From Calditrichia bacterium (GTDB taxonomy: Bacteria > Calditrichota > Calditrichia > JAJRVZ01), in contig CAVZSQ010000023.1 of assembly GCA_963777955.1 (NCBI GenBank), forward strand, positions 1 through 64,000: DNA of 64,000 nt, read 5' to 3'. Below are positions 52,614 through 62,223 of this stretch, in pieces. Positions within the stretch are counted from its first letter, which is position 1. Each line of letters begins with the position of its first letter. A program made the position numbers and the translations under genes. A model generated the notes under the pieces. It saw nothing but the letters and a program-made list of their open reading frames with translations. It ran no database searches and was not told the origin of the DNA.

Positions 52614-55554
52614 TCAGCGCAGCAGGACCATCTTTTTAGTAATCACGCCGTCGGGACTTTGCAGTATATAAAAATAAATGCCGCTGCTGAGATCCAATGC
52701 TGTGAAGGTAACCCGGTGATCGCCGCCATCCAGGACGCCATTCACCAGCACAGCTACTTCCCTGCCCAGTAAATCATATACCGTGAGCCGGACATCACCG
52801 CCGGTCCGTATGGTAAAGTGAATCGTGGTTCCCGGATTAAAGGGATTGGGAAAATTTTGATCCAGTGCAAAACTTTCAGGGACATAGGGTGGTGGAGGAT
52901 TTACCGATGTATCGGGTGTATCATCCCGGCCTGGGGAGCCATGAATAGCATATGATGAACGCCAGTTAACCGGATCATTCAGGTTTCCCTGGGGATCGAT
53001 TTCGGCAGGAACCAACGAATATCCGCTGCCATCCGGAGCAGTCGGCCAGGGAGCGATATCGTTATATTGCACAGCAAAAATAGTATCACCGGCGGCAGCA
53101 CACAGGATCAGCCACTCTCCGCCATTATCCAGTTGCCCGGAATATTCTCCGTCCGGCATGAAACTATAACGGTTATTGAACTCATCCCGGTTTGAGGCCA
53201 GTACAATAAAATGATCCGGTTCGATGATGGTGCCCAACGGGAAAATATATGTAATACCAGCAGAAAAATAAGTCAGCGAAAGATCAATTGGAGTTGTACC
53301 GATATTCTTTAATTCCAGGAATTCATATTCATTGTCACTGGTAGTATCCTGATTCAGCGGATGATAATGAATTTCAGTGATTTTAAGATCAGCCGCATTA
53401 TCATTGGTGAAAAGTATGAGTTGATGGAGTGCACTCCAGGTCGAACCATTCAGAATCCGGGCTTTTATTACCGTAGTTGTATTTATGCTGATTTCGGTTT
53501 CATCATCACCCATGATCCCCGAAGTGTTCACGCCACCCCCGATATTGCGGGGATCCTGGCCATTGGTAGTATAGCGGATTGAGCCGGTGGTGGAATTCGG
53601 ATTAACCATTTTCAGCAGATATCCCGGTTCAACCTGCACGGTGTAGGCGGTAATGGTGATATTGTTATTGCTGAAAACCGGCGGATCGATGTTCGGGTAC
53701 AGGATAACCGCTTTTAACTGGTCCAGGACTATATCCGTCCGGTACGGAAAATAATTATTAACGATGTCATCAATGGCCCATTGCCAGTCGTCATCTTTGT
53801 TCCTGGGTGGCTCATGGTAAGTATCGCCCCAGCGGGCAGATTCACCGATAATGGCCAGATCAATTTGCTGGGCGCGGTCGAGGAATAAGGGTATTACCTT
53901 ATCCGGGGTCATACAACCTTCATTGAAGAAATGTTTATAAACATGGTCGGCAAAACGAATCCGGTACTCGGCATTGGACGATAATTTAAAATGCAGCCAT
54001 TGCGGGTGAAAACCGCTGAAATCCGATACGATCATCTGGTATCCATCGGTAAGGCTACCGATATTCACCCTGTTCTCATCGAGACCGATCCCGGGTCCTT
54101 CACCAGCTGTGGTGCGCAAGGTATGCTCGGCATCATGAACAAAAAATCTGAATCCATCCTGAGCGTTGCGGTTATAAATGGCATAAAAGTTATTAGGACC
54201 TTTATTCGATCCGAATTTTGTGAGCGGGGGCGTCAAAATTCCCGGTATAGAAGATATTCAGCATGTAATCGATCAGGTTATCTATATCCACCAGAACTGT
54301 GTAGGCCGGATTCCTGCTGCCATCCGTATTCAGTCCCTGTATCTTAAAATAATTGGTATTGGCGGTGAATCCGGATACGCAGAAATTCCAGACCTGGCGG
54401 TAAGCATCCAGGGTTCCGTCGGTAGCTTCAATCCCATAGCCATAATCACCGCTGACTTTAATTACATCATAGTCTTCGACGACTACCGCCGAAATAACTG
54501 GCAGCAAAGCGCGCTTCCGGACGTTCCTGGGTCTGGAATAATCCCCAGTAATAACCATTGATATAGAGGTGATAAAACCGGCTGCGGGTATAGGGTTGTC
54601 CGGTCTCCCGCTGCAGGTCGCGGCAGAACACATCGCGGATCATGATATTGTATTCACCCTGATGACCGGGATAACTCCAGGCATAGTTCTGGCTGGTGCG
54701 TAAATCCACCTTATCGAATTGGTCAACCCCTTCATCTTCAAAAAGAGGATAATTCAGTTTAGCCGTCACCGTACTCAGTGCGGAAGAAAAAACGGAAAGC
54801 GTGTTTGGGATTTTCGGGGTGTGCGCTCCAGCCGCCGCGGATACGGATACCGGCATTGATTTGAAAACCTTCGCTGCCGTCCGGATTCAGCAGTTCAATC
54901 GAAGCCGGCCGTTCCCACTCGATACCATCTTCCATGGCATTCATATAAATACCGCTGTCGCCGGCAAAAAGGTGTTTCAGGTCCGTGGCCAGCGATATGG
55001 TAGGTACATCCAGCAGGGCATCATCAATCAGAGCCTGATAACGTGAATCATTCAACACCGCCGGATCCATGCCATAATTTATCGATTGCGGGGAATTGCT
55101 GACATCAGGCCAGCTGGAATTGGGCCGGGTACCGTCAGGTGACAGCGAGCCGATTTTATTCAGGAATAAATATGTATGAGATACTGATTCGCTCAGCGAA
55201 AAATCAGGAGCAGAGGCACAGGCGCGCAGTACTACTCCGGGAGTTTTGCCCCGTCCTCCCGTAGTGCTCTCCGGATTGATGGTGATGGTGGCCGGCGAAG
55301 TCTGTCTGCAGTTTTGTCGCTGAGGTCCGCGGATCGGAACCGTCCAGGGTATACCATATTGTGGCATTCGGTGTCGTCGATGTGACGATTACATCGAAAC
55401 TGGCCGAAAAAAAGCCCCGCTGCACCGAGCATTCAGGAACCGCTGCCGGTACAACGGTTGTTTGCGGTATTAGCGGTGCAGCAGAGCTTATTATAATAAT
55501 TAGCGTTAATAATGTTACTATCACTAAGTTTTTTTTCATCTTAATCCATTTCAT
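52614..55554 (-). CDS. CotH-kinase family protein with FN3-associated domains, lamin-tail domain and T9SS-type CTD (at least 4 frameshifts)
   Basis: 'IWYTLDGSDP', 'WERPASIE', 'GIRIRGGWS....PK', 'LYINGYYWGL...ER', 'ESARWGD', 'ITEIHYHP....EFLELKN', CTD 'QNFPNPFNP..KKMVLLR'. Confidence 0.8.
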
Positions 55555-55645
55555 TTTTTAATCCGGTAAGATTACGATCTCTTTTCGTATATGTCAATGG
55601 AAATATAGCTCGTTTAAGGGCGGGGAAAGTGTGATGGAAGTCCCA

Positions 55646-55813
55646 AGGGAAGGGACAAAGGGACAAGAGGTACGGACAAAGGCACAAAGTGGTCGAAGAC
55701 CTGCCGTCAGGCAGGCACAAAGTAGGGGCGCATTTTATATGCGCCCTACAGTGACCCACCCCCTTCCCCTCCCTACCGCCGAAGACGGTCGGCAGGGAGG
55801 GGCCTGGGGAGGG
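55646..55813. repeat. Cluster of short repeats: GGACAAAG/GCACAAAG units, CCTGCC/GGCAGG hairpin, GTAG-type REP, CCCCTCCC/GGGAGGGG hairpin
   Basis: AGACCTGCCGTCAGGCAGG at 55697-55715; GTAGGGGCGCA-TTTTATA-TGCGCCCTAC at 55722-55749; CCCCTCCC..GGGAGGGG at about 55766-55802. Confidence 0.7.
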
Positions 55814-56151
55814 TAAAACAGACAGCGGGATCTCGAGCAGTTTTTCTTTTGACATTATAAATCCCTTGATTAAATTAACCTCGTTAGACTTTTTCTATCG
55901 TCCTGAGGATTATTTTAGACAATTATTATAGTGATTAATTTTTGGTACAAAGCATGGGATTAAGGCGTGTTATACACACGACTTAATTCCACATTTAGAA
56001 ATTTTACAAATATTTAATATATAAGATCTTAACTGCAATCAATAATGGTTTATTTTAAAGAAATTTATTCAATTATACTCATGAGTGAAAGACGTCCACT
56101 TGCAACTTAATTAAATGTTAAACCGTTTAAATAATAATAAGAAGATTTGTA

Positions 56152-56520
56152 AATGAAATATTATCGATTCAGTATCTCCATTTGATTATCTTAAAAGAAT
56201 CTTAAGAACTACTGATCCATACTATCTCTATTACAATTATTGCATCATCACTAGTTTTAGGAATATTTGGAATTCAGGGATTATTATTTATATTTTTACT
56301 CTATATAATTATTGTACATCTTATACCGTTACTTTTTCAGCCAATTTCATTGGAGATCGAGAATAATTCAATTACAATAAATAATATCTTTAGTTCCGAA
56401 ACCTTCTATATTAAAAACCTCGAAATTATGCAACAACCTGCTGTTATAAAATATTTTGGAAAAAAAAGATGATATTAATCCGTTGGAAATTATAAAAAAA
56501 TAAGTTTTCAATTTAGTCAT
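56152..56520 (+). pseudogene. Decayed AT-rich small membrane protein gene (probable cassette)
   Basis: Readable segment 'ITIIASSLVLGIFGIQGLLFIFLLYIIIVHLIPLLFQPISLEIENNSITI' flanked by stops and shifts; follows a GTTAAAC core site. Confidence 0.45.
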
Positions 56521-56579
56521 AAATATCTTTAAACTAATAAATAATTAGAAGTTACAATTAGTTAAATCGAGTAATATTG

Positions 56580-57185
56580 ATAATGATTGAAAAGGTTACT
56601 TATAAGTATCCTAATAAAAATATGATTCAATATGAAATATGTCGCAAACTTTTGATTCTAAGTGGATTCGCGTAACCAATGATGTAACGCTGCATGAAAA
56701 TGATTTAGATAGACGTTTAGAGATCATTAAAGGGAAAGAATATGTCGTGATATACCGTGTCCTTGGTTCAGAGTATAATCTAATAGAGGGGATGATACCA
56801 ATTCAAGAAATGGTCGCGAGATGGTAAAGCATTAAAAAAATCTGACAGACTGACTATCAGTGTACCCGTTTGATTACTTTATTGAGAAGGAATTCGATTT
56901 ACTCATAGACTATTCTTATGATCAAATTCATGGCCAAAAACGTTAGATGAGGCCGTAGCGAGAATTCGAATAGAATTAAATGAAAAAGAACTTGCAGAAA
57001 TTAGTCATATGGATAAAGAAGAATTCTTAACGAAATATATGTTTTCGACTACTTGGATAAGGAATAATTTTGGGTTATGGCGTGGGAATTTTGACCTTTT
57101 ATTAGATTGTGATGTGGAAAATCCGGAACCTGACCATGTTTCAAATCTTATTAATCAAAGATTTTGGGAATCTCTTAGGTCGTAA
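56580..57185 (+). pseudogene. Frameshifted gene with C-terminal DUF6794-like domain (probable cassette)
   Basis: Terminal frame reads 'WPKTLDEAV..WIRNNFGLWRGNFDLL..PDHVS..I...FWESL*'; the upstream part is broken by several shifts and the start is approximate. Confidence 0.55.
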
Positions 57186-57283
57186 ATCGAATAGAAGCAA
57201 TGTAACTGACGCCTGACCGATTAGCATGAATTGCTGATTTCGCGGTTAAGGATTCAGCGCCGTTTAAGCACAGGTCGTTAGAA
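57186..57283 (+). mobile_element. Degenerate integron attC site
   Basis: Starts right after a stop codon; partial stem GACGCCTGA / TCAGCGCC; ends GTTTAAG-CACAGGTC-GTTAGAA. The left core is degenerate. Confidence 0.45.
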
Positions 57284-57425
57284 TCGGGGGTTTTTGTTCG
57301 CGAATTCATGTTTGAGCCCGCCTGAGGCGGGCGAGTTTGAATTCGCGAAGGGCCTTTTTGCTTACTTTTTGATCAAGCAAAAAGTAAGCCGCCGGAGGGG
57401 AGACAAGTTAAAACTGATAAATTAA

Positions 57426-57521
57426 CTCTAACACCGCAGTCCACTGGATGTCCGACCGATCGAGCATGAAATGTAAATTGTGTGTAAGCAGTCATGCGCC
57501 AGTGACTTTTTAGCGTTGACC
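57426..57521 (+). mobile_element. Integron attC site
   Basis: R'' CTCTAAC, 5-nt spacer, L'' AGTCCACT(GG) pairing with (CC)AGTGACT with one extra-helical base, then R' GTTGACC. Confidence 0.75.
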
Positions 57522-57557
57522 ACCACGTAAAGCAGAAAACTATAAGAAGTAACACTA

Positions 57558-58090
57558 ATGAATAAGAACGAGCAGAAATCACCAAACGTGAAAGGCATAC
57601 GAGATTCCGACACACCCGGCCTTGATCTGTGGATTGTCAACATTGGTAAGTTTTGTCAATTTCGGAGTAATAGAATTAATCACATATTCTTGGATAGATA
57701 ATTTGGTTACTGATAAACTTCTCAATGATATTATGTTAGGGTCTTCCACTTGATCGACGGATTAACTTGATCAAGAATCTAATCTCGCGGATCGATTTGC
57801 CAGTGCATGTCAGAATGAGGGCGAGAAATCATGGGATGAAGTACTCGAATTATTTGAAATTCGTATGTCATGGCCCACAGTCCTTTAATTTTTGGTTGGA
57901 GCAATCCAGACGAACAAGGTCCACCAGACTTTGTTTCCATACCAAACTTGAGACGAGCCGCTAAAGAACAGATCGGATAAATCGTTTATTATTAAACTTG
58001 CCAAAATTCGAGACTCAGTGAATTCAGTCACCGAGTTAGCCAAGCAGCTAGATGTTCTACCTTGATGAGATACTCAAACGAAGCACGTAA
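57558..58090 (+). pseudogene. Frameshifted cassette gene with possible HEPN-like R-x4-H motif
   Basis: Joined frames: MNKNEQK..WIVNIGK..VNFGVIELITYSWI..RRINLIKNLI..WDEVLELFEIR(N)VMAHSPLIFGW..; begins 43 bp after the GTT core. Confidence 0.5.
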
Positions 58091-58291
58091 AATGGTGGGC
58101 GTACATACTCTATTATTAATATGTATTCACCCTTTAAAACCGGGGTCGGACCTGAGGAATTTGAAATTGTTTTTATTGAAGTTAAGTCGAAATAATTGCG
58201 AAAAATAGGCCATTAAAGGCATCATTTTGGGGCGAAAATCAAGATTTTTAAAAAAAACATAATACTGAATGAATTTAACGTTTATCCCAGA

Positions 58292-58468
58292 GGTATCCCG
58301 TAGGGATACCATGGTAATAGCCCGGCAATTTATTGCCGGGTAAAATGTACCTAATATATTTCAACCGTCCCGTCGGGACGTCCCATCCCTACGGGATGGG
58401 ACGATTTTTGGGATTCCGATTCCCGCCAATTAATTGGCGGGCTATTTTCGATTGTCCCTGCGGGACAA
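58292..58468. repeat. REPIN/MITE-like element built from symmetric hairpins
   Basis: GGTATCCC-GTA-GGGATACC and ATAGCCCGGCAATTTATTGCCGGG on the left mirror CCCGCCAATTAATTGGCGGGCTAT and TTGTCCC-TGC-GGGACAA on the right; central GTCCC hairpins. Confidence 0.7.
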
Positions 58469-58678
58469 ATCAATTATATCATTAATGAATAGCAAAATTT
58501 TTAATTCTAACACTTTCTGCTTGCCTTCGAGGTTCTTAAAACTCGAAGATAACATACCATCAAATAATTTTATTGGACTTAGAGTTTACTCTGATTATAT
58601 TAATATTGTTAGCATTATTCTATTTTGAATAACTCTGCAATTATTTTTTAATTACATAAATTAATTTTACTTAAGAAC

Positions 58679-59202
58679 ATGTTATATTCTCATTACACGA
58701 TCCGTATATTGCATCGTATATTGTGTACTATCCTATTTTTATATGTGCCATTAGTTGTACCGGCACAAAACTGGCAGGTACATTTAAACAATGATTCTAC
58801 TATATCCAGGGTCACGTTATGGAAGGTTGACATGGAATACCTTTATGCGTTGACTCAGTGCAGATAGTCAGGATACCGGTTGATTCAATTACCTCGCTGG
58901 ATCTTATCCATGACTCAAATTATGATGAAAATAGCATGGTCGGATTTGGTGGTGGAATGGCTCTTGGTACTCTTGCAGGGGTAATTTTAGCATCGGTCAG
59001 AACCGAACATGAAGAAACAGATAATCCTCTTGTTGAGCCGTTGAATATACTGGGTGGAACTATATGCGGCGGAATTGCTGGTTTTATGGTTGGTAATTTG
59101 ATCAGTGCCGTACAGGGAATTGATGAAAAATATAATATCTCTACATATCCACATCCGGGGAAGGTGACATTTTTAAAGTATTTGATTTTAGAATCAAAAT
59201 AA
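58679..59202 (+). CDS. Hypothetical exported protein with glycine-zipper-like hydrophobic segments (frameshift near 58860)
   Basis: Signal-like start in 58679-58867; 'GFGGGMALGTLAGVI' and 'GGTICGGIAGFMVG' in 58858-59202. Confidence 0.55.
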
Positions 59203-59225
59203 TAATCAACAGGGACGGGACAATT

Positions 59226-60033
59226 ATGAAGTTATCAATTTATGCAGCATTACCGATATTTTTCATCATCACCTCCTGTGGCCAACCCACCGACAGCGGC
59301 GGCAATAATACATCCTATCCGCTGGAAGTCGGTAATTACTGGGAATATTTAACGACAAATACCTTAACCGGCAGTACAGTCCAGACGCTTGTTCAAGTAG
59401 ACAGGAGAGAATTATTGAAGGATTCACTGGATACTTATGTTTTTAAAATATCGTCATCCTCCAGCCAGGCTTTTAGTGAAGACTACTATACACAAAAAAC
59501 CGGCGGGCTTTACTGCGTGGCATACAATAATGCCGGTGAAGCACCGCTTGTTCAACCGAAACATAAGAGTAAAACATACCTCAGATTCAGGAACAGAATT
59601 TATACTGACATTTGCGGAACTGCTGGAAGATATCTCCCTGGGCCAAAGGAAGATGATGTTCAGAATTATGGTTGATTCATTAAATTATGAGTCAGAACCT
59701 GTATGTGCTTTAAAGTATCCCTTATCTTTAAACTCGCAGTGGATATACCGTAGCGAACCATGGCGAATCGAGAAAAGAGTGGAACAGCGTGGAGATATTT
59801 CGGTACCTGCAGGGGATTTCAGCGGATATATCATCAAGTGGCTTTATGATATGAATAACGACAGAGTGTGGGATGATGACATTTACATTATAGATTTTGT
59901 TGCCGGTGAAGGATTGATTCAAAGAGAAACCTTTATCTTTGATATCATTGCTACTGACGAAGAGGGATACGAATTGGCCAGGTATGACTTTTATCAGAAA
60001 TCTGTTATTGACAAGTTATCAGATCAAGGATAA
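59226..60033 (+). CDS. Hypothetical lipoprotein (frameshift near 59605)
   Basis: Lipobox ITSC; 'YPLEVGNYWEY'; second half 'LKYPL....W', 'ISVPAGDF', 'GEGLIQRE'. Confidence 0.65.
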
Positions 60034-60117
60034 CTAGTTATATAATTGGTAAAAATCCGGGTCGGATTATTGAATTAAATTCACCGTTGGTTTATGAATT
60101 ATTCAAAGGGAGGTATT

Positions 60118-60508
60118 ATGAAATTCAAATCGCTGATGATCATCAAAGCAATCGTCTGTCTGGGATTCGGACCATTACTACTCTTTCTGCCGGCGAACAA
60201 TTATTAAATCATGATTGGGCTCATTCCTATTGCCCCGGCGCAGCTTAACCGCCCAGGGAATATGGGGCAGCTACTCATCGGTAATCTGATGCTGACCTGG
60301 TTTGCCAGAGACGGCTGAAAAATCTGTGGCCCGTAAAGCGTATTATACTTCATTTATTTACTTATGATGCCATTGCTTTAATAGCTACGCTGATCATTCA
60401 ATTATCCGGCGGATTAAATATTCTAGGTTGGGGTATCGTATTGCAGTGTATTTATTCTTTACGGCAGGCTTTGGATATTTATTGATTCCGGAAATGAAAT
60501 CGGCCTGA
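60118..60508 (+). pseudogene. Small 4-TM membrane protein gene with multiple frameshifts
   Basis: GGAGG RBS; MKFKSLMIIKAIVCLGFGPLLLFLP.., 'REYGA', 'LTWFAR', 'YDAIALIA', 'FTAGFGYLL' spread over different frames. Confidence 0.55.
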
Positions 60509-60563
60509 GCTATATATATAGTTTCAACTGATAATTTAGACTTTTAAAAACCCGGAGGCGTAT

Positions 60564-60926
60564 ATGAAAACATATATAGCTTCTATTTTGCCGGCTATAT
60601 TTTTCCTGACTGGATGCGAAGGGATTATCGATTCCCCTTTATTTACCTCCGATCAACCACCACCCGATCAACTTACCTGGGTTGCCCATTATTACTCCGG
60701 CGGTGTTCAGTGCGACCCGTCCGACAACTACACTCCGCCTGCCGTCGAGGCTGTCCTTTATCTCAAAGGTATCATTGTATTCGAAACTGAGGTAGAGCTG
60801 TATGGACTGTTCCTCCGCTGTGGCTACCCGAGTTATGCCGCCATGCACTATGCGCTTATCAGGAAAACCGATCTGGCCAGAGCAGAGAGTTTAGGATTCG
60901 AACAGAAAGATCCGCCACAACCTTAA
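60564..60926 (+). CDS. Hypothetical lipoprotein
   Basis: GGAGG RBS, lipobox LTGC, 120 aa. Confidence 0.65.
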   Translation: MKTYIASILPAIFFLTGCEGIIDSPLFTSDQPPPDQLTWVAHYYSGGVQCDPSDNYTPPAVEAVLYLKGIIVFETEVELYGLFLRCGYPSYAAMHYALIRKTDLARAESLGFEQKDPPQP

Positions 60927-61068
60927 AAAGGTATTATTATCTCCCTACGGCAACCTCGGTAGCAGCGGCACTACTATGACCATAATAATTAATCCGGCTA
61001 AGTAAGCACTGAACTGTAATCGTTCTCTGTCCATAAGCAATACTCACATTTATTATAACTTTTTGATC

Positions 61069-61106
61069 AAAAAAAACACCTGCAATCAACTATTGGTTGC
61101 AGGTGT
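61069..61106 (-). terminator. Rho-independent terminator
   Basis: ACACCTGCAATCAA / TTGGTTGCAGGTGT stem with a T run on the minus strand, after the stop at 61138. Confidence 0.75.
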
Positions 61107-61137
61107 CTGAGAGAAAGCGATTATTAACAATAAACAG

Positions 61138-62037
61138 TTACTTCAACAGAGTCATTTTCCTGACGAATGATCCATTGGCAGTTATCAATTTATAAAAATA
61201 AATACCACTTGGTATATTCCCGGCATTAAATGATATCTCATGACGGCCAGCTGTCTGTGGTTGCTGATCCACTAGTGTTGTTATTTCCCGACCCAGTGAA
61301 TCATAAATTTTCAGCGTAACTGCACTCACTTGTGCCAGTGAATAGGTAATTGTGGTTTGCGGATTGAATGGATTGGGATAATTTTGGAACAGAGCGAACT
61401 GGTCTGGTATACTGCCTTGATTCGCATCAACATCTGATCCACCGGCGGGTATCAAACTCAATTCATCAACTACCACATCGAAACTATACGAGGCTCCACC
61501 AGCCCAGACACCAATATTCATCATAAAGTAAACTGTATCGGGTACGCCAGTTTCACCGGGAGCCACAAAGAGCGGCCCTATACCTTTGACACTGTTATCC
61601 TGAAAGGTGCCATCTATAGCCTGCGGAGTGCCATTCCAGGTATTAAAACCAACGATGGTGGTTCCGCCAACATCTGCGTGCAGGGGAGGTGCTACGGTAT
61701 CGTATAATATCTCACACCAGAAATTAGTGATATTGCCTCCGATATCGGCGAATGCTCCTGAAACTTCATATTCGTCTCCACCCGTCAGCACAACCGGCTG
61801 CCAGAACAGGATATTGGTACTCTGGGTTACACTGGCCCAGGCGTGCAGACAACCACCGTTTCCATATTGCGGACCGGCAATGGTGTAGTTAAATTCGTAT
61901 TCGGTTGTATCCTGACTGTCAAGATGAGACATGTGCCAGGCCGCGTCGTTTTCCATGTTGCCGCCGACCAGTAATTCCTGTGCACTGATATTTAAGGTTA
62001 AGAACATTAAAAAAATAAAAATTGTAATGATACGCAT
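61138..62037 (-). CDS. Secreted protein: CBM-like beta-sandwich plus T9SS-type CTD
   Basis: AAGGAGG RBS, signal peptide, 'LLVGGNME...W', 'FWQPV.L..G..Y', CTD 'QNYPNPFNPQT..RKMTLLK'. Confidence 0.75.
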   Translation of the reverse strand: MRIITIFIFLMFLTLNISAQELLVGGNMENDAAWHMSHLDSQDTTEYEFNYTIAGPQYGNGGCLHAWASVTQSTNILFWQPVVLTGGDEYEVSGAFADIGGNITNFWCEILYDTVAPPLHADVGGTTIVGFNTWNGTPQAIDGTFQDNSVKGIGPLFVAPGETGVPDTVYFMMNIGVWAGGASYSFDVVVDELSLIPAGGSDVDANQGSIPDQFALFQNYPNPFNPQTTITYSLAQVSAVTLKIYDSLGREITTLVDQQPQTAGRHEISFNAGNIPSGIYFYKLITANGSFVRKMTLLK

Positions 62038-62223
62038 GCGAATTCCTCCTTTAAATTTAGTAATTATGAATCCGGTACAGCAAAAATCTGCCAGACTGTA
62101 CCTGACTCGTTAGTTGGTATTATATTGTCCGCTATTTATAAAAATCTATTGTGACTTTTTATGTAATGCAAGTTTTTTTGACTATTAAAACAATTCAAAA
62201 ACAACTTATATCCGCATGAATGT

